A DNA stretch of 64,000 nucleotides, taken from positions 5,084,001 through 5,148,000 of the forward strand of contig OZ210884.1 in NCBI GenBank assembly GCA_964658305.1, given 5' to 3'. A program made the translations under genes and the position numbers. Below the pieces are notes generated by a model. The model worked only from the letters and a program-made list of their open reading frames with translations, was not told the origin of the DNA and made no database searches. This DNA is from Leptogorgia sarmentosa (taxonomy: Eukaryota). Position 1 is the stretch's first letter. The number at the start of each line of letters is the position of its first letter. Shown here one piece after another: positions 50,699-64,000 of this stretch.

Positions 50699-53600
50699 AT
50701 GTCCGTGAAGTCGATAGAACTGTCGGCTTTGCTGTTGATTTTCATGTTCGCGCGAGGAGAAGGAATTTGTAAGAATTAATAAACATTGATTGCCCAATGT
50801 GTGCGAGATTATTATAGCATAAATTGCTGGAAACAATCGTTTTTTAAACTCATTTCTCCCAGCGCACGCGTAGTTTAGGGCAGTGGATATTCCAATAGAA
50901 CAAGCTTTCAATATTACAGGCATATGAAGACGATATTTCAGCAAGAAAAAGATTTTGGAATGTCACAAAACTTTTAATATAATAATTAAAATTTATTGGA
51001 TGAGGTTTTTGTGATATGCGGAAAGGTCGAGGTAAGCGTTATGATAACGCTTACCGAGACCTTGATAATTTTACATATCATAAAAATCGAATTCCTTAGA
51101 CAATAATTATTTTATTATACATTTGAAGAATAATAAACAAAGTATGAAAAACTTTGTACCTAATTAGTTATCTGATAACTCAGTTATCTGCTAGCAGATG
51201 ATAACGGGATTTGCTGTGGACTGCGTTATTGCGCGATTTAACTGTATGCTCTTAGCTAATTAGATTGCTTTTATCATCTACAATGTATAATAACTACAGT
51301 AAAATGCGCCAATTGATTGGTCAATAGCCGTGCAGGATCAGACAGTCCTGCACAAGGAATACTCACTCGCGAGTTTAGTTACGGGATTTTTAAAATGTCG
51401 GCAATGGAATAAAAGTATAAAACACGAAATACGAACAGGGGAATTAATTTTCGCGAAATACGGTATTTCTGAAAATCATTTATCATAAGTTATTTAAATT
51501 TTAAATCAAAATTCAAAATTTGAACGACACCTTTTTATCCAAACTTTAATCACAGTTCGTAGTGTTCTTACAAAATTGTCACATTACTCATTATGAAGAT
51601 CTCCGAGCGGAACTTCTCCCGATTATTACGTTCGTTTTTCCGAGTTTGAGAATGTTTTAGTTGATAATATGGATGAAGAAATTATGATCAGTCCCTTTTT
51701 GTCTTAAAATGAGCACAAATCATGTCGAAAAATCCAACAATTTTCCAAGGAAATGTATATATAAGAATTGTAGCTATATTTCTTCACTTTTTCGGTCCTT
51801 CGCTGAAGTTCGTTTTCATAGTTTGCCCCTTCACTGAAAAATAATTTTAAAAAGCCCTGGTCCTCAATCCTTGATGATGCACTCGATTGTCATTTTTTCA
51901 ATAACAACGTCAGTTTCAGCCTGCTTGTTCCATCTGACTAAACTTTTTGTGCTCCGTCACAATTGCATGTCATGTGCGCAAATGTGCTTTTCAGCTCTTT
52001 TAAAGAAATAACATAATTATTATTTTAAACTTTTAGCCGCTACTACCACTATTACATTTCTATCTTCAACGTTTGAAGTCAACGAGGGTGCAGATGCTGA
52101 AATATGTGCCGATGTTGAAAATTTTGTGGAAAGTTTCTCTGCTAGGTGAGTATGAATTTTAAAAGTGTAAACTAGTTATAGTAGATCTTTGTGGAGACTT
52201 TTCCTTCAACAATCAAGTGGAAAATGTTCTTAACTTCTTCACAAGAGTTCCTCTGTTGCTCTTTGACTGCGCCATTGCCAGTGTTTGGACGCTAATGATC
52301 ATTACGCATCAAATCATTCCACTTTATTGGAATTAAAATTTCTCCATAAATTACTTTTCGTGTAACGTGCAGTCATGTAAATCATTACTTTGTTAAATAT
52401 GTGTCCCTTTAATTGATAATGTCGGCTTCATTCTTGATCTCAATCTATCTGGATCGTATTTAAGTGAGAAGATTTTTAATGAATTTTATCGGCTTTTACC
52501 AAAAACATCGGCGGCTTCCAAATAAATTGAAAACAAATTCTGTAAATTTGTTTGTTGGAAAAAGTCTTCTTTTGTTCTTTCAGACTTTCCATGGGTGGTG
52601 GAACAGCTACAGCAGGATCAGATTATACCAGCACAGATGTGCCCTTTACCGTGGTTACAAATGGAAACATCTGTTGGGTAATTCCAACAATGGACGACTC
52701 CATTATAGAAGGAAATGAAACGTTTTCCATAACATTGACACTAGATGAAGGCGTTATTGGTGTCCAAATACTGTCCCCAAACCCGGTAACCGTGACAATC
52801 ATTGACGACGATGGTAATTATATTAATTTTAGATGATGTGTGTTTTAACTGTTTTATTCAAGTGAGCTTGTTTTAAGGGTTTTAAAATTTAACCTTCCAC
52901 AATCAACAAAGTCTCTTGTACATACATACACCCAACCGTAGTAATGGCGCTAATATAACAAGGATTTTGCCAATACAATGTGGTGGTCAGATTTTTAAAG
53001 AATTGCGTATACTTTCGGTAAAAGCAATGTGGAAAGGCGGAAAATTTCACTCTCGATGAACTTCATTCACATCTTGCACGTCCAGCCTCGTTGTACGCAG
53101 TTCTAATAAAACAATATAAATACAAAATAATTCGATTTTATCCAGGCGTATTTCCCGATTTTTTTGGCAGAAAATAGGATTAATTTTAGCTTAAAGAATA
53201 ATTTTAGCTTCACAATTAATTTAAATTAACCACACTTTTTTATGCAACTCAAAATCACAAGAAAATGTTCCTGTTGGATACTGTTAGGGAGTTCGCAATG
53301 TTTTTACTTGTCACATTACTCATTAAACGTAAAGACCTGCGAACGGATCTTCCGACAATTACGTTCGTTATTCAAACATTCAACATCTTGTGGTTGTTCA
53401 TACTTAGCTATTATTGCGCCACTTTGACTTCGCCATGTTTTTGCAATCGCGATGCCGCGAAATTGATTTAGACGAAATCATAATGACGAATAAGGTGTTA
53501 GCTATCTCAGTCTTTCTGACAAGGAACGTCTCCGCTAAGGTTTGACCCACACGTCTCCCACAATTACATAAAATTAACGTATGTACATAACATTAATAAT

Positions 53601-56600
53601 CAGTTAGAAAGCCACATAATGTACTGTTTTCTATCTTTTGTTTCTTTGGGGTTAGGTTCCGTACCGGCATCAGGATCAGGATCGGGATCGGGATCAGGAT
53701 CGGGATCGGGATCAGGATCAGGATCGGGATCAGGATCAGGATCTGCATCAGGATCAGGATCAGGATCGGGATCTGCATCAGGATCAGGGTCGGCCTCAGG
53801 ATCGGGATCAGGATCAGGGGAAGGTATGTGGGATACTCCAACATTTTACAAGATTTATTTTTGTACAAACGTAAGTTTGTGAAAACAAAATTGTTATCAT
53901 TATTCTGTAGTATGTTTTTACTTCCTCACATTTCTTGGTGGAGAAACTCAAATTTCCATGTTTATTTTAAGCAGAGTTTATCTGCGATGAAAATGCAGTT
54001 GGTCATGTAATCAACGGTGTAACTGAATGTTTCTGCAAACGTGGTTTTTATGGAGATGGACTGACTTGTACAGGTAAATTTCGCACGGAAATGCCCAGAT
54101 TTATTTGATATTTTGCTTTTAAATTTTCGTATTTCTTAATATTTTATATTTTCAAGTAGATATATTCATTATATTACATATTTGAACATAATTAAAACTT
54201 TGCATTTCCACACAACCGATCACTTTGACTTTTGTTTTCAGACATTGATGAATGTTTGAATTCATGCGCATGCTCTGGTGAACAAACATGTGAGAACGTT
54301 CCAGGCTCATATGTTTGCATAGAGCCAGATCCAGGTAGGTCAATCATTGGAACAGAACAAAATATAATTGGTTTGCCACAAATCAAAGCAAGTCAAATCA
54401 AATCAAAGCGATTTTGTTCGAACAAAATGGTCAAACCTTTTACGGTTCAATTGACCTCCACATATAATTTTTTATATTCTATTTTGTAGGATCAGGATCA
54501 GGATCTGGATCAGGATCTGGATCAGGATCTGCATCAGGATCTGGATCTGAATCAGGATCAGGATCGGGATCAGGATCGGGATCAGGATCGGGATCAGGAT
54601 CAGGATCTGCATCAGGATCAGGATCAGGATCAGGATCGGGATCTGCATCAGGATCAGGATCAGGATCGGGATCTGCATCAGGGTCAGGGTCGGCCTTAGG
54701 ATCGGGATCAGGATCAGGGGAAGGTATGTGGGATACTCCAACATTTTACAAGATTTATTTTTGTACAAACGTAAGTTTGTGAAAACAAAATTGTTATCAT
54801 TATTCTGTAGTATGTTTTTACTTTCTCACATTTCTTGGTGGAGAAACTCAAATTTCCATGTTTATTTTAAGCAGAGTTTATCTGCGATGAAAATGCAGTT
54901 GGTCATGTAATCAACGGTGTAACTGAATGTTTCTGCAAACGTGGTTTTTATGGAGATGGACTGACTTGTACAGGTAAATTTCGCACGGAAATGCCTAGAT
55001 TTATTTGATATTTCGCTTTAACATATTCGTACTTCTTAATATTTTATATTTTCAAGTACATATATTCATTATATTACATATTTGAACATAATTAAAAATT
55101 TTGCATTTCCACACAACCGATCACTTTGACTTTTTTTTTCAGACATTGATGAATGTTTGAATTCGTGCGCATGCTCTGGTGAACAAACATGTGAGAACGT
55201 TCCAGGCTCATATGTTTGCAGAGAGCCAGATCCAGGTAGGTCAATCATTGGAACAGAACAAAATATAATTGGTTTGCCACAAATCAAAGCAAGTCAAATT
55301 AAATCAAAGCGAATTTGTTCGAACAAAATGGTCAAACCTTTCACGGTTCAATTGACCTCCACATATAATCTTTTATATTCTATTTTGTAGGATCAGGATC
55401 AGGATCTGGATCTGGATCAGGATCTGTATCAGGATCTGGATCTGAATCAGGATCAGGATCGGGATCAGGATCAGGATCGGGATCAGGATCAGGATCTGCA
55501 TCAGGATCTGCATCAGGATCAGGATCGGGATCTGCATCAGGATCAGGATCGGGATCTGCATCAGGATCAGGGTCGGCCTCAGGATCGGGATCAGGATCAG
55601 GGGAAGGTATGTGGGATACTCCAACATTTTACAAGACTTATTTTTGTACAAACGTAAGTTTGTGAAAACAAAATTGTTATCATTATTCTGTAGTATGTTT
55701 TTACTTTCTCACATTTCTTGGTGGAGAAACTCAAATTTCCATGTTTATTTTAAGCAGAGTTTATCTGCGATGAAAATGCAGTTGGTCATGTAATCAACGG
55801 TGTAACTGAATGTTTCTGCAAACGTGGTTTTTATGGAGATGGACTGACTTGTACAGGTAAATTTCGCACGGAAATGCCTAGATTTATTTGATATTTCGCT
55901 TTAACATATTCGTACTTCTTAATATTTTATATTTTCAAGTACATATATTCATTATATTACATATTTGAACATAATTAAAAATTTTGCATTTCCACACAAC
56001 CGATCACTTTGACTTTTTTTTCAGATATTGATGAATGTTTGAATTCGTGCGCATGCTCTGGTGAACAAACATGTGAGAACGTTCCAGGCTCATATGTTTG
56101 CAGAGAGCCAGATCCAGGTAGGTCAATCATTGGAACAGAACAAAATATAATTGGTTTGCCACAAATCAAAGCAAGTCAAATTAAATCAAAGCGATTTTGT
56201 TCGAACAAAATGGTCAAACCTTTCACGGTTCAATTGACCTCCACATATAATCTTTTATATTCTATTTTGTAGGATCAGGATCAGGATCTGGATCTGGATC
56301 AGGATCTGTATCAGGATCTGGATCTGAATCAGGATCAGGATCGGGATCAGGATCAGGATCGGGATCAGGATCAGGATCTGCATCAGGATCTGCATCAGGA
56401 TCAGGATCGGGATCTGCATCAGGATCAGGATCGGGATCTGCATCAGGATCAGGGTCGGCCTCAGGATCGGGATCAGGATCAGGGGAAGGTATGTGGGATA
56501 CTCCAACATTTTACAAGACTTATTTTTGTACAAACGTAAGTTTGTGAAAACAAAATTGTTATCATTACTCTGTAGTATGTTTTTACTTTCTCACATTTCT

Positions 56601-59600
56601 TGGTGGAGAAACTTAAATTTCCATCTTTATTTTAAGCAGAGTTTATCTGCGATGAAAATGCAGTTGGTCATGTAATCAACGGTGTAACTGAATGTTTCTG
56701 CAAACGTGGTTTTTATGGAGATGGACTGACTTGTACAGGTAAATTTCGCACGGAAATGCCCGGATTTATTTGATATTTCGCTTTAAAATTTTAGTACTTC
56801 TTAATATTTTATATTTTCAATTAGATTTATTCATTATATTACATATTTGAACATAATTAAAACTTTGCATTTCCGCACAACCGATCACTTTGACTTTTTT
56901 TTAAGACATTGATGAATGTTTGAATTCATGCGCATGCTCTGGTGAACAAACATGTGAGAACGTTCCAGGCTCATATGTTTGCAGAGAGCCAGATCCAGGT
57001 AGGTCAATCATTGGAACAGAACAAAATATAATTGGTTTGCCACAAATCAAAGCAAGTCAAATCGAATCAAAGCAATTTTGTTCGAACAAAATGGTGAAAC
57101 CTTTCACGGTTTAGTTGACCTCCACATCTAATTTTTTATGTTCTATTTTGTAGGATCAGGATCTGGATCAGGATCAGGATCGGGGTCTGGATCAGGATCT
57201 GGATCGGAATCAGGATCAGGATCAGGATCAGGATCGGGATCAGGATCAGGATCTGCATCAGGATCAGGATCAGGATCGGGATCTGCATCAGGATCAGGAT
57301 CGGGATCGGGAATAGGATCAGGATCGGGATCAGGATCAGGATCGGGATCTGCATCAGGATCAGGGTCGGCCTCAGGATCGGGATCAGGATCAGGGGAAGG
57401 TATGTAAGATACTCCAACATTTTTACAAGATTTATTTTTGTACAAACGTAAGTTTGTGAGAACAAAATTGTTATCATTACTCTGATGTATGTCTTTACTT
57501 CCTCACATTTCTTGGTGGAGAAACTGAAATTTCCATCTTTATTTTAAGCAGAGTTTATCTGCGATGAAAATGCAGTTGGTCATGTAATCAACGGTGTAAC
57601 TGAATGTTTCTGCAAACGTGGTTTTTATGGAGATGGACTGACTTGTACAGGTAAATTTCGCACGGAAATGCCCGGATTTATTTGATATTTCGCTTTAAAA
57701 TTTTAGTACTTCTTAATATTTTATATTTTCAATTAGATATATTCATTATATTACATATTTGAACATAATTAAAACTTTGCATTTCCACACAACCGATCAC
57801 TTTGACTTTTTTTTTAAGACATTGATGAATGTTTGAATTCATGCGCATGCTCTGGTGAACAAACATGTGAGAACGTTCCAGGTTCATATGTTTGCAGAGA
57901 GCTAGATCCAGGTAGGTCAATCATTGGAACAGAACAAACTATAATTGGTTTGTCACAAATCAAAGCAAGTCAAATCGAATCAAAGCAATTTTGTTCGAAC
58001 AAAATGGTGAAACCTTTCACGGTTTAATTGACCTCCACATTCCTCCACATATAATTTTTAATATTCTATTTTGTAGGATCAGCAACTGGATCAGGATCGG
58101 GATCAGGATCGGGGTCTGGATCAGGATCTGGATCTGGATCGGAATCAGGATCAGGATCGGGATCAGGATCAGGATCTGCATCAGGATCAGGATCAGGATC
58201 GGGATCTGCATCAGGATCAGGATCAGGATCAGGATCGGGATCTGCATCAGGATCAGGGTCGGCCTCAGGATCGGGATCAGGATCAGGGGAAGGTATGTGG
58301 TATACTCCAACATTTTTACGAGATTTATTTTTGTACAAACGTAAGTTTGTGAGAACAAAATTGTTATCATTACTCTGTAGTATGTTTTTACTTCCTCACA
58401 TTTCTTGGTGGAGAAACTCAAATTTCCATCTTTTTTTTAAGCAGAGTTTATCTGCGATGAAAATGCAGTTGATCATGTAATCAACGGTGTAACTGAATGT
58501 TTCTGCAAACGTGGTTTTTATGGAGATGGAGTGACTTGTACAGGTAAATTTGGCACGGAAATGCCCAGATTAATTTGATATTTCGCTTTTAAATTTTCGT
58601 ACTTCTTAATATTTAATATTTTCAAGAAGATATATTCATTATATTACATATTTGAACATGATTAAGACTTTGCATTTCCACACAACCGATCGATCACTTT
58701 GATTTTTGTTTTCAGACATTGATGAATGTTTGAATTCATGCGCATGTTCTGGTGAACAAACATGTGAGAACGTTCCAGGCTCATATGTTTGCAGAGAGCT
58801 AGATCCAGGTTGGTCAATCATTGGAACAGAACAAAATATAATTGGTTTGTCACAAATCAAAGCAAGTCAAATCGAATCAAAGGAATTTTGTACGAAGAAA
58901 ATGGTGAAACCTTTCACGGTTTAATTGACCTCTACGTATATTTTTTTATATTCTATTTTTAGGATCAGGATCGGGATCAGGATCGGGATCTGCATCAGGA
59001 TCAGGTTCAGAATCAGGATCAGGATCAGGATCAGGATCTGCATCAGGATCAGGTTCAGAATCAGGATCAGGTTCAGGATCAGCATCAGGATCAGCTTCAG
59101 GATCCGAATCAGGATCAGGATTAGAATCAGGATCGGGATCTGGTTCCGGATCAGGCGATTATGAAGGTATGTTTCTCTAATATTATTTTTCCGTGCAGAA
59201 AATTGTTATTTTTTCTCGTTGTCATCTGCGATCTCCCCTGTGATGATTACCAGGTACAGCTACCTACTAAAGATAAACTTGCGAATGTTGTTAATATTTT
59301 CTAGACATTGATGAATGTTCAACAGGAAGTGCAAATTGTGATAGGAATGCTTCATGTGAAAATACTGAAGGTTCGTTTGTGTGCACTTGTATGGCTGGTT
59401 TCACGGGAAATGGCACCTACTGTGAAGGTAAATGGAAATGTTTTAAAATAGTAAGAAAACAACCTGGAAAATGAAATATAGTTTGGCAGAATTAGCACAA
59501 TTTTTGACTGGAAAAATCGGTTATATTAATGGCGTTACTGTTAAAGGAACAAATTGTAATTTTTGAAAATGAAGTAAGGGAAGGTTTTAGGGAAGAGGAA

Positions 59601-62600
59601 TTTGTAAATAGTATAAATGTACTGGTACAATCTCTTGAAAATGGTGGACCAGAACTTCCTGCGTTACGTTTTTCTTCGTTATTGCTGATTAGGCCTTAAT
59701 TTATTCTGTATTTAATCTTCCTTGGACGATCAGTTAACGCCAGAAATTCAATAATTTCTAAAATTGTTGGATGTTTTAATATTCGAAGAAGGTAGATGAT
59801 TTCATTAAATAAATATTTCTCAGATATAAATGAATGTACCGACGGAACACACAACTGCCATCCAAATGCTTCATGTACCGATAACGGTCCGTCGTTTATT
59901 TGTACATGTGATCCTGGCTACACAGGAGATGGGACAGTCTGTGAAGGTAAGTTCATTAACAATAGGCGGCTTTAGCAAACATAACGCGACGTTAAAAATG
60001 ACGTGAAATGGCGTGATATCGCAGATATGCCTATCTATGGATGTGACCACGGCATTTTTACGTCGTTTTATATGCATGTGGCGTTGTGCTAAAGCTGCCT
60101 CTATAAAGTGATTGTGAGATTTAACCCCCCCCCCCCCGAACAACGGGATAACTTGACTCGGTTTGGGTATTTTGTGCTGTTACCATGCAGTGGAGTTTAA
60201 GTTGCAACTGCTTCCTTCGGGAAAAACTGATCGTAAAACAACAATGACATTGACGGTTTGTTTGAAATAAACATTTTAGATATAAACGAATGTGCAGACG
60301 AAAGTGATAATTGCGACGAAAAGGAACACTCTACCTGCCATGATACTGATGGCTCATTCGAATGTATTTGTGATTCTGGCTACAGAGAAGAAAGCGATAG
60401 CTGTCAAGGTTGGTTAACTTTGTACAAATGACGCCATTGTTTCACAACTTCCTTACTCGAAGTCTTATGAACTTTTAATGTCAGTAATATGGATTATGAG
60501 AAGTGCATTTGAGCATTTTCATATGAATGTGCCTGATGGGAATGTTATTCTTGAAAAGGAACATTTTTCAAGAGTTTTACGTGCATGTTACTTTAGATCT
60601 TTGATTATTTTGCTGGCCACTATAATTTCCAATAAAATGATGTATGCGGCATGGTTAAATATGATAATATCATGTGTGTTATGTGTTTTCATGCCAATGT
60701 TCAATACTCTCGCGATGTAAATATTGCGTATCAAATATTACATGGTAAACATCTCATTTTTTTGAAATTTTCTAGATATTGATGAATGTTCTGTGGGAAG
60801 CCACAACTGTCACGACAACGCTACTTGTGAAGACATAGACGGTTCGTTTACTTGTACTTGTAAGGCTGGCTATTCAGGAGACGGAACAGATTGTCAAGGT
60901 GAGTGCTTCTTGTTAAACTTGTCAGGAAAAAACAACGGCTTTAAGTTAGGATCGATCCATTCTTGTAAATTATTGGAACCGACAGGACACATACAGAACA
61001 CAATAAATGTTAGTATCAGGAACAAAATAGCGAAATTCATGATGGTTAATTTTGTAATTTATCGGCTTATTTTGAGCAATGGAAATGTAGCTACTGAATG
61101 TGTTAAATGTATTGAAATTAATAGGAAGTTATAGCCTACTTGCATTCTATAAGTATTGATAAAAATTGCCTTGTTATACACGCGCTACTTATGTTTCGAC
61201 GTAAATCAGCTTTAGGCATAGGCAGCCCAGAAACGAGCTCAATCGATATTATGCATGTAATTCCTTCCATATATGCTATCTATCAGTTATAGCTATAATT
61301 GATAGCATTATATCAGTTATGTATATAATTGACCGACTTTCTCTTCGTTATTGCTGATTAGGCCTTAATTTATTCCGTATAATAATATAATCTCCCTTGG
61401 ACGATCAGTTAATTAGTGCCATAAATTCGACAATTACTAAAATTGTTGGATGTTTTAATATTTGAAGAATGAATAGATGACTTCATTAAATAAATGTTTC
61501 TCAGATATAAATGAATGTACGAATGGAACACATAACTGCCATCCAAATGCTTCATGTACTGATAACGGTCCGTCGTTTATTTGTACATGTGATCCTGGCT
61601 ACACAGGAGATGGGACAGTCTGTGAAGGTAAGTTCATTAACAATAGGCGGCTTTAGTAAACCCAACGCGACGTCAAAGAAGACGTGAAAATGTCGCTAAA
61701 AATGGCGTGATATGCCTATCTATGGATGTGCCCACGCCATTTTTTACGTCCTCTTATATGCACGTGGCGTTGTGTTTGCTAAAGCCGCCTATTGATTGTG
61801 AGACGTTGACGCCCTCCCCCCCCCCCATCCCCACACGGGATAAATTGACTCGGTTTGGGTATTTTGTGCTCTTACCATCAGTGGAGTTTTAGTTGCAACT
61901 GCTTCCTTCGGTAAAAACTGATCGTAAAACAACAATGACATTGACGGTTTGTTTGAAATAAACATTTTAGATATAAACGAATGTGCAGACGAAAGTGATA
62001 ATTGCGACGAAAAGGAACACTCTACCTGCCATGATACTGATGGCTCATTCGAATGTATTTGTGATTCTGGCTACAGAGAAGAAAGCGATAGTTGTCAAGG
62101 TTGGTTAACTTTGTACAAATGACGCCATTGTTTCACAACTTCCTTACTCGAAGTCTTATGAACTTTTAATGTCAGTAATATGGATTATGAGAAGTGCATT
62201 TGTCATGATCATATTCATATGAATGTGCCTGATGGGAATATTACTATTGGAAAAGGAACATTTTTCAAGAGTTTCACGTGCATGTTACTTTCGATCTTTG
62301 ATTAGTTTGCAAGCCACTATATATTTTATTTCCAATAAAATTATGTATGGGTTACAGTATGATATGTGTGTGTTATGTGTTTTCATGCCAATGTTCAATT
62401 ATACTCTCGCGATGTAAATATTGCGTATCAAATATTACATGGTAAACATCTCATTTTCTAGATATTGATGAATGTTCTGTGGGAAGCCACAACTGTCACG
62501 ACAACGCTACTTGTGAAGACATAGACGGTTCGTTCACTTGTACTTGTAAGGCTGGCTATTCAGGAGACGGAACTGACTGCCAAGGTGAGTGCTTCTTAAA

Positions 62601-64000
62601 CTTGTCAGGAAAAAACAAGTCTTTAAGTTAGGATCGATCCATTCTTGTAATTATTGGAACCGACAGAACACAATACAGAACACAATACAGAACACAATAC
62701 AGAACACAATAAATTTTAGTATCAGGAACAAAATAGCGAAATTCATGGTTAACTTTGTAGTTTATTGCTTACTTTGAGCAATGGAAATGTACTGAATGTG
62801 TTCGTTATTGAAATTAATAGGAACTTGCATTCGAAGTATTGATAAAAATTGCCTTGTTGTTCTTACCCGAGCTATTTATGTTTCGACCTAAATCAGGTTT
62901 AGGAATAGGCAGCCCAGAAAGCCCACGCCCTGTTTTTTTAGTTGACCTAAAATCGATGTAATATTCCTTCTATAAAATTATGCTATCTATCAGTTGTATA
63001 TAATTGATAGCATTATCAGATAATTGACCGACTTTCGCCAGACAAGTTGTAAAAGTATTAATGCAGTAGCCAGCTTCGGCCATTCTACTATAGAAGGAAT
63101 ATAATGCATAAAATCGATTGATTTTAGGTCAGATAAAGAAAACAGCTCATTTCTGGGCTGTCTATGGTTAAGGTTCAAAATGACACATTAACGTGCGAAT
63201 AGAGCCGATTGATAATTACGTTATTTGCTGGGAGCTCGCCTGCCTCTCCTTCGCTCATTAGCCAATGGCAAAAAATACAATGCATGAAGTAATGAGTTTC
63301 GAAAAGATGTATGTATCATTAGCAATTTCGAGAGCAAGTGTAATTTCCTATGCTATGGCTAATTATCAGGATGGGCCATATAAAATTTTTATTTTCTATG
63401 GTCGGTTGTATTACTTGTATAAAGTTCTTAGTTATTTGTTTTAACTACTCGTTTCGTAGTGAAATGCTTCAGTTAACTCTAAAATATGCGTTTCTGATTG
63501 GTTAATTTGCACTAACTATATAGTAAACGCTAGCTACGTTTTTATGCAACCGTCCTCAGGTCACATAAAATAAGTATAGTTTATTCAGAAACGTGTTCTA
63601 TAGCTGCACTAGTTTAGCTGTCAGCATGCGGTGAATGACTTTCACATTTGTTATTGTTTGATTTTGAAGATGTCGATGAATGTTCTGAAGGAACTGCAGA
63701 TTGCCATAGTCATGCTTCATGTATGAACACAGCTGGGTCGTACCAGTGTGAATGTACTTCGGGATATCGAGGAAATGGGACTGATTGTGAAGGTATTTTG
63801 TTTAAAACTATGATGTTGTTGCTTTCTTTCTATATTCCCGATTTCCCTGTCTGGAAAAGAGCGGGAAGCTGTTTAGTTTTCGTCTGCATTGAGCTGGACG
63901 TGCATGGCAAGACTCTCGGAGGTTGCGTAACCAATCTTGGAGAATCTAATAGTCACTGAAATATGCAATTACATGCAGTTACATTTCCCCTTTAGATATC
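50699..64000 (+). CDS. Gene D (3'-incomplete paralog of gene C): signal peptide, Calx-beta, 6x[Gly-Ser, 4-Cys EGF, 5-Cys EGF], Gly-Ser, 8+ cbEGF
   Basis: Exons: 50699-50768 ([23 protein letters not shown]); Calx-beta 52037-52145 and 52584-52813; Gly-Ser exons 53656-53823, 54490-54723, 55391-55606, 56273-56488, 57154-57399, 58077-58292, 58963-59166; 99-nt exons starting 53975, 54875, 55758, 56640, 57552, 58445; 93-nt exons starting 54242, 55143, 56025, 56906, 57819, 58716; cbEGFs 59305-59427, 59824-59946, 60280-60408, 60776-60898, 61505-61627, 61971-62099, 62462-62584, 63670-63792; next exon begins at 63996. Confidence 0.82.
53656..58962 (+). repeat. Six tandem ~830-920-bp three-exon units in gene D
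   Basis: Introns and exons repeat almost identically; units 3 and 4 are 882 bp apart; length differences come mostly from the Gly-Ser exon. Confidence 0.92.
59670..63030 (+). repeat. Tandem duplication (~1.68 kb) of a three-cbEGF-exon block in gene D
   Basis: Exons 59824/61505, 60280/61971 and 60776/62462 and their introns, including the same intronic MITE (~59962 and ~61642), occur twice. Confidence 0.88.

Overview
AT-rich, intron-containing animal genomic DNA with GT-AG splice sites; the repeat content suggests a marine invertebrate, possibly an anthozoan cnidarian (inference). 0.6-17.6 kb: two tandem 10-exon SLC43-family transporter genes on the minus strand. Copy A is intact (~518 aa). 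Copy B has a 4-nt frameshift in exon 3 and a stray, frame-compatible calcium-binding EGF exon in intron 5. ~20-64 kb: two paralogous plus-strand genes for very large secreted/membrane proteins built from Gly-Ser dipeptide repeats and calcium-binding EGF (cbEGF) exons. Gene C is complete (~2,476 aa): signal peptide, ~920-aa Gly/Ser tract, 31 cbEGF (26 near-identical, with a 2,988-bp higher-order repeat), SEA domain with a GSVGV motif, cbEGF, TM helix and a Tyr-rich tail ending YVF. Gene D runs off the window end: signal peptide, Calx-beta, six repeats of [Gly-Ser exon, 4-Cys EGF, 5-Cys EGF], a seventh Gly-Ser exon, then cbEGFs. Introns and intergenic DNA hold many transposon relics: two Penelope-like elements with inverted termini and hammerhead ribozyme motifs, a BEL/Pao fragment, and Tc1/mariner, Harbinger, hAT and MULE-type MITEs. 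Exon coordinates were derived by hand from splice signals and reading-frame continuity, without transcript evidence.
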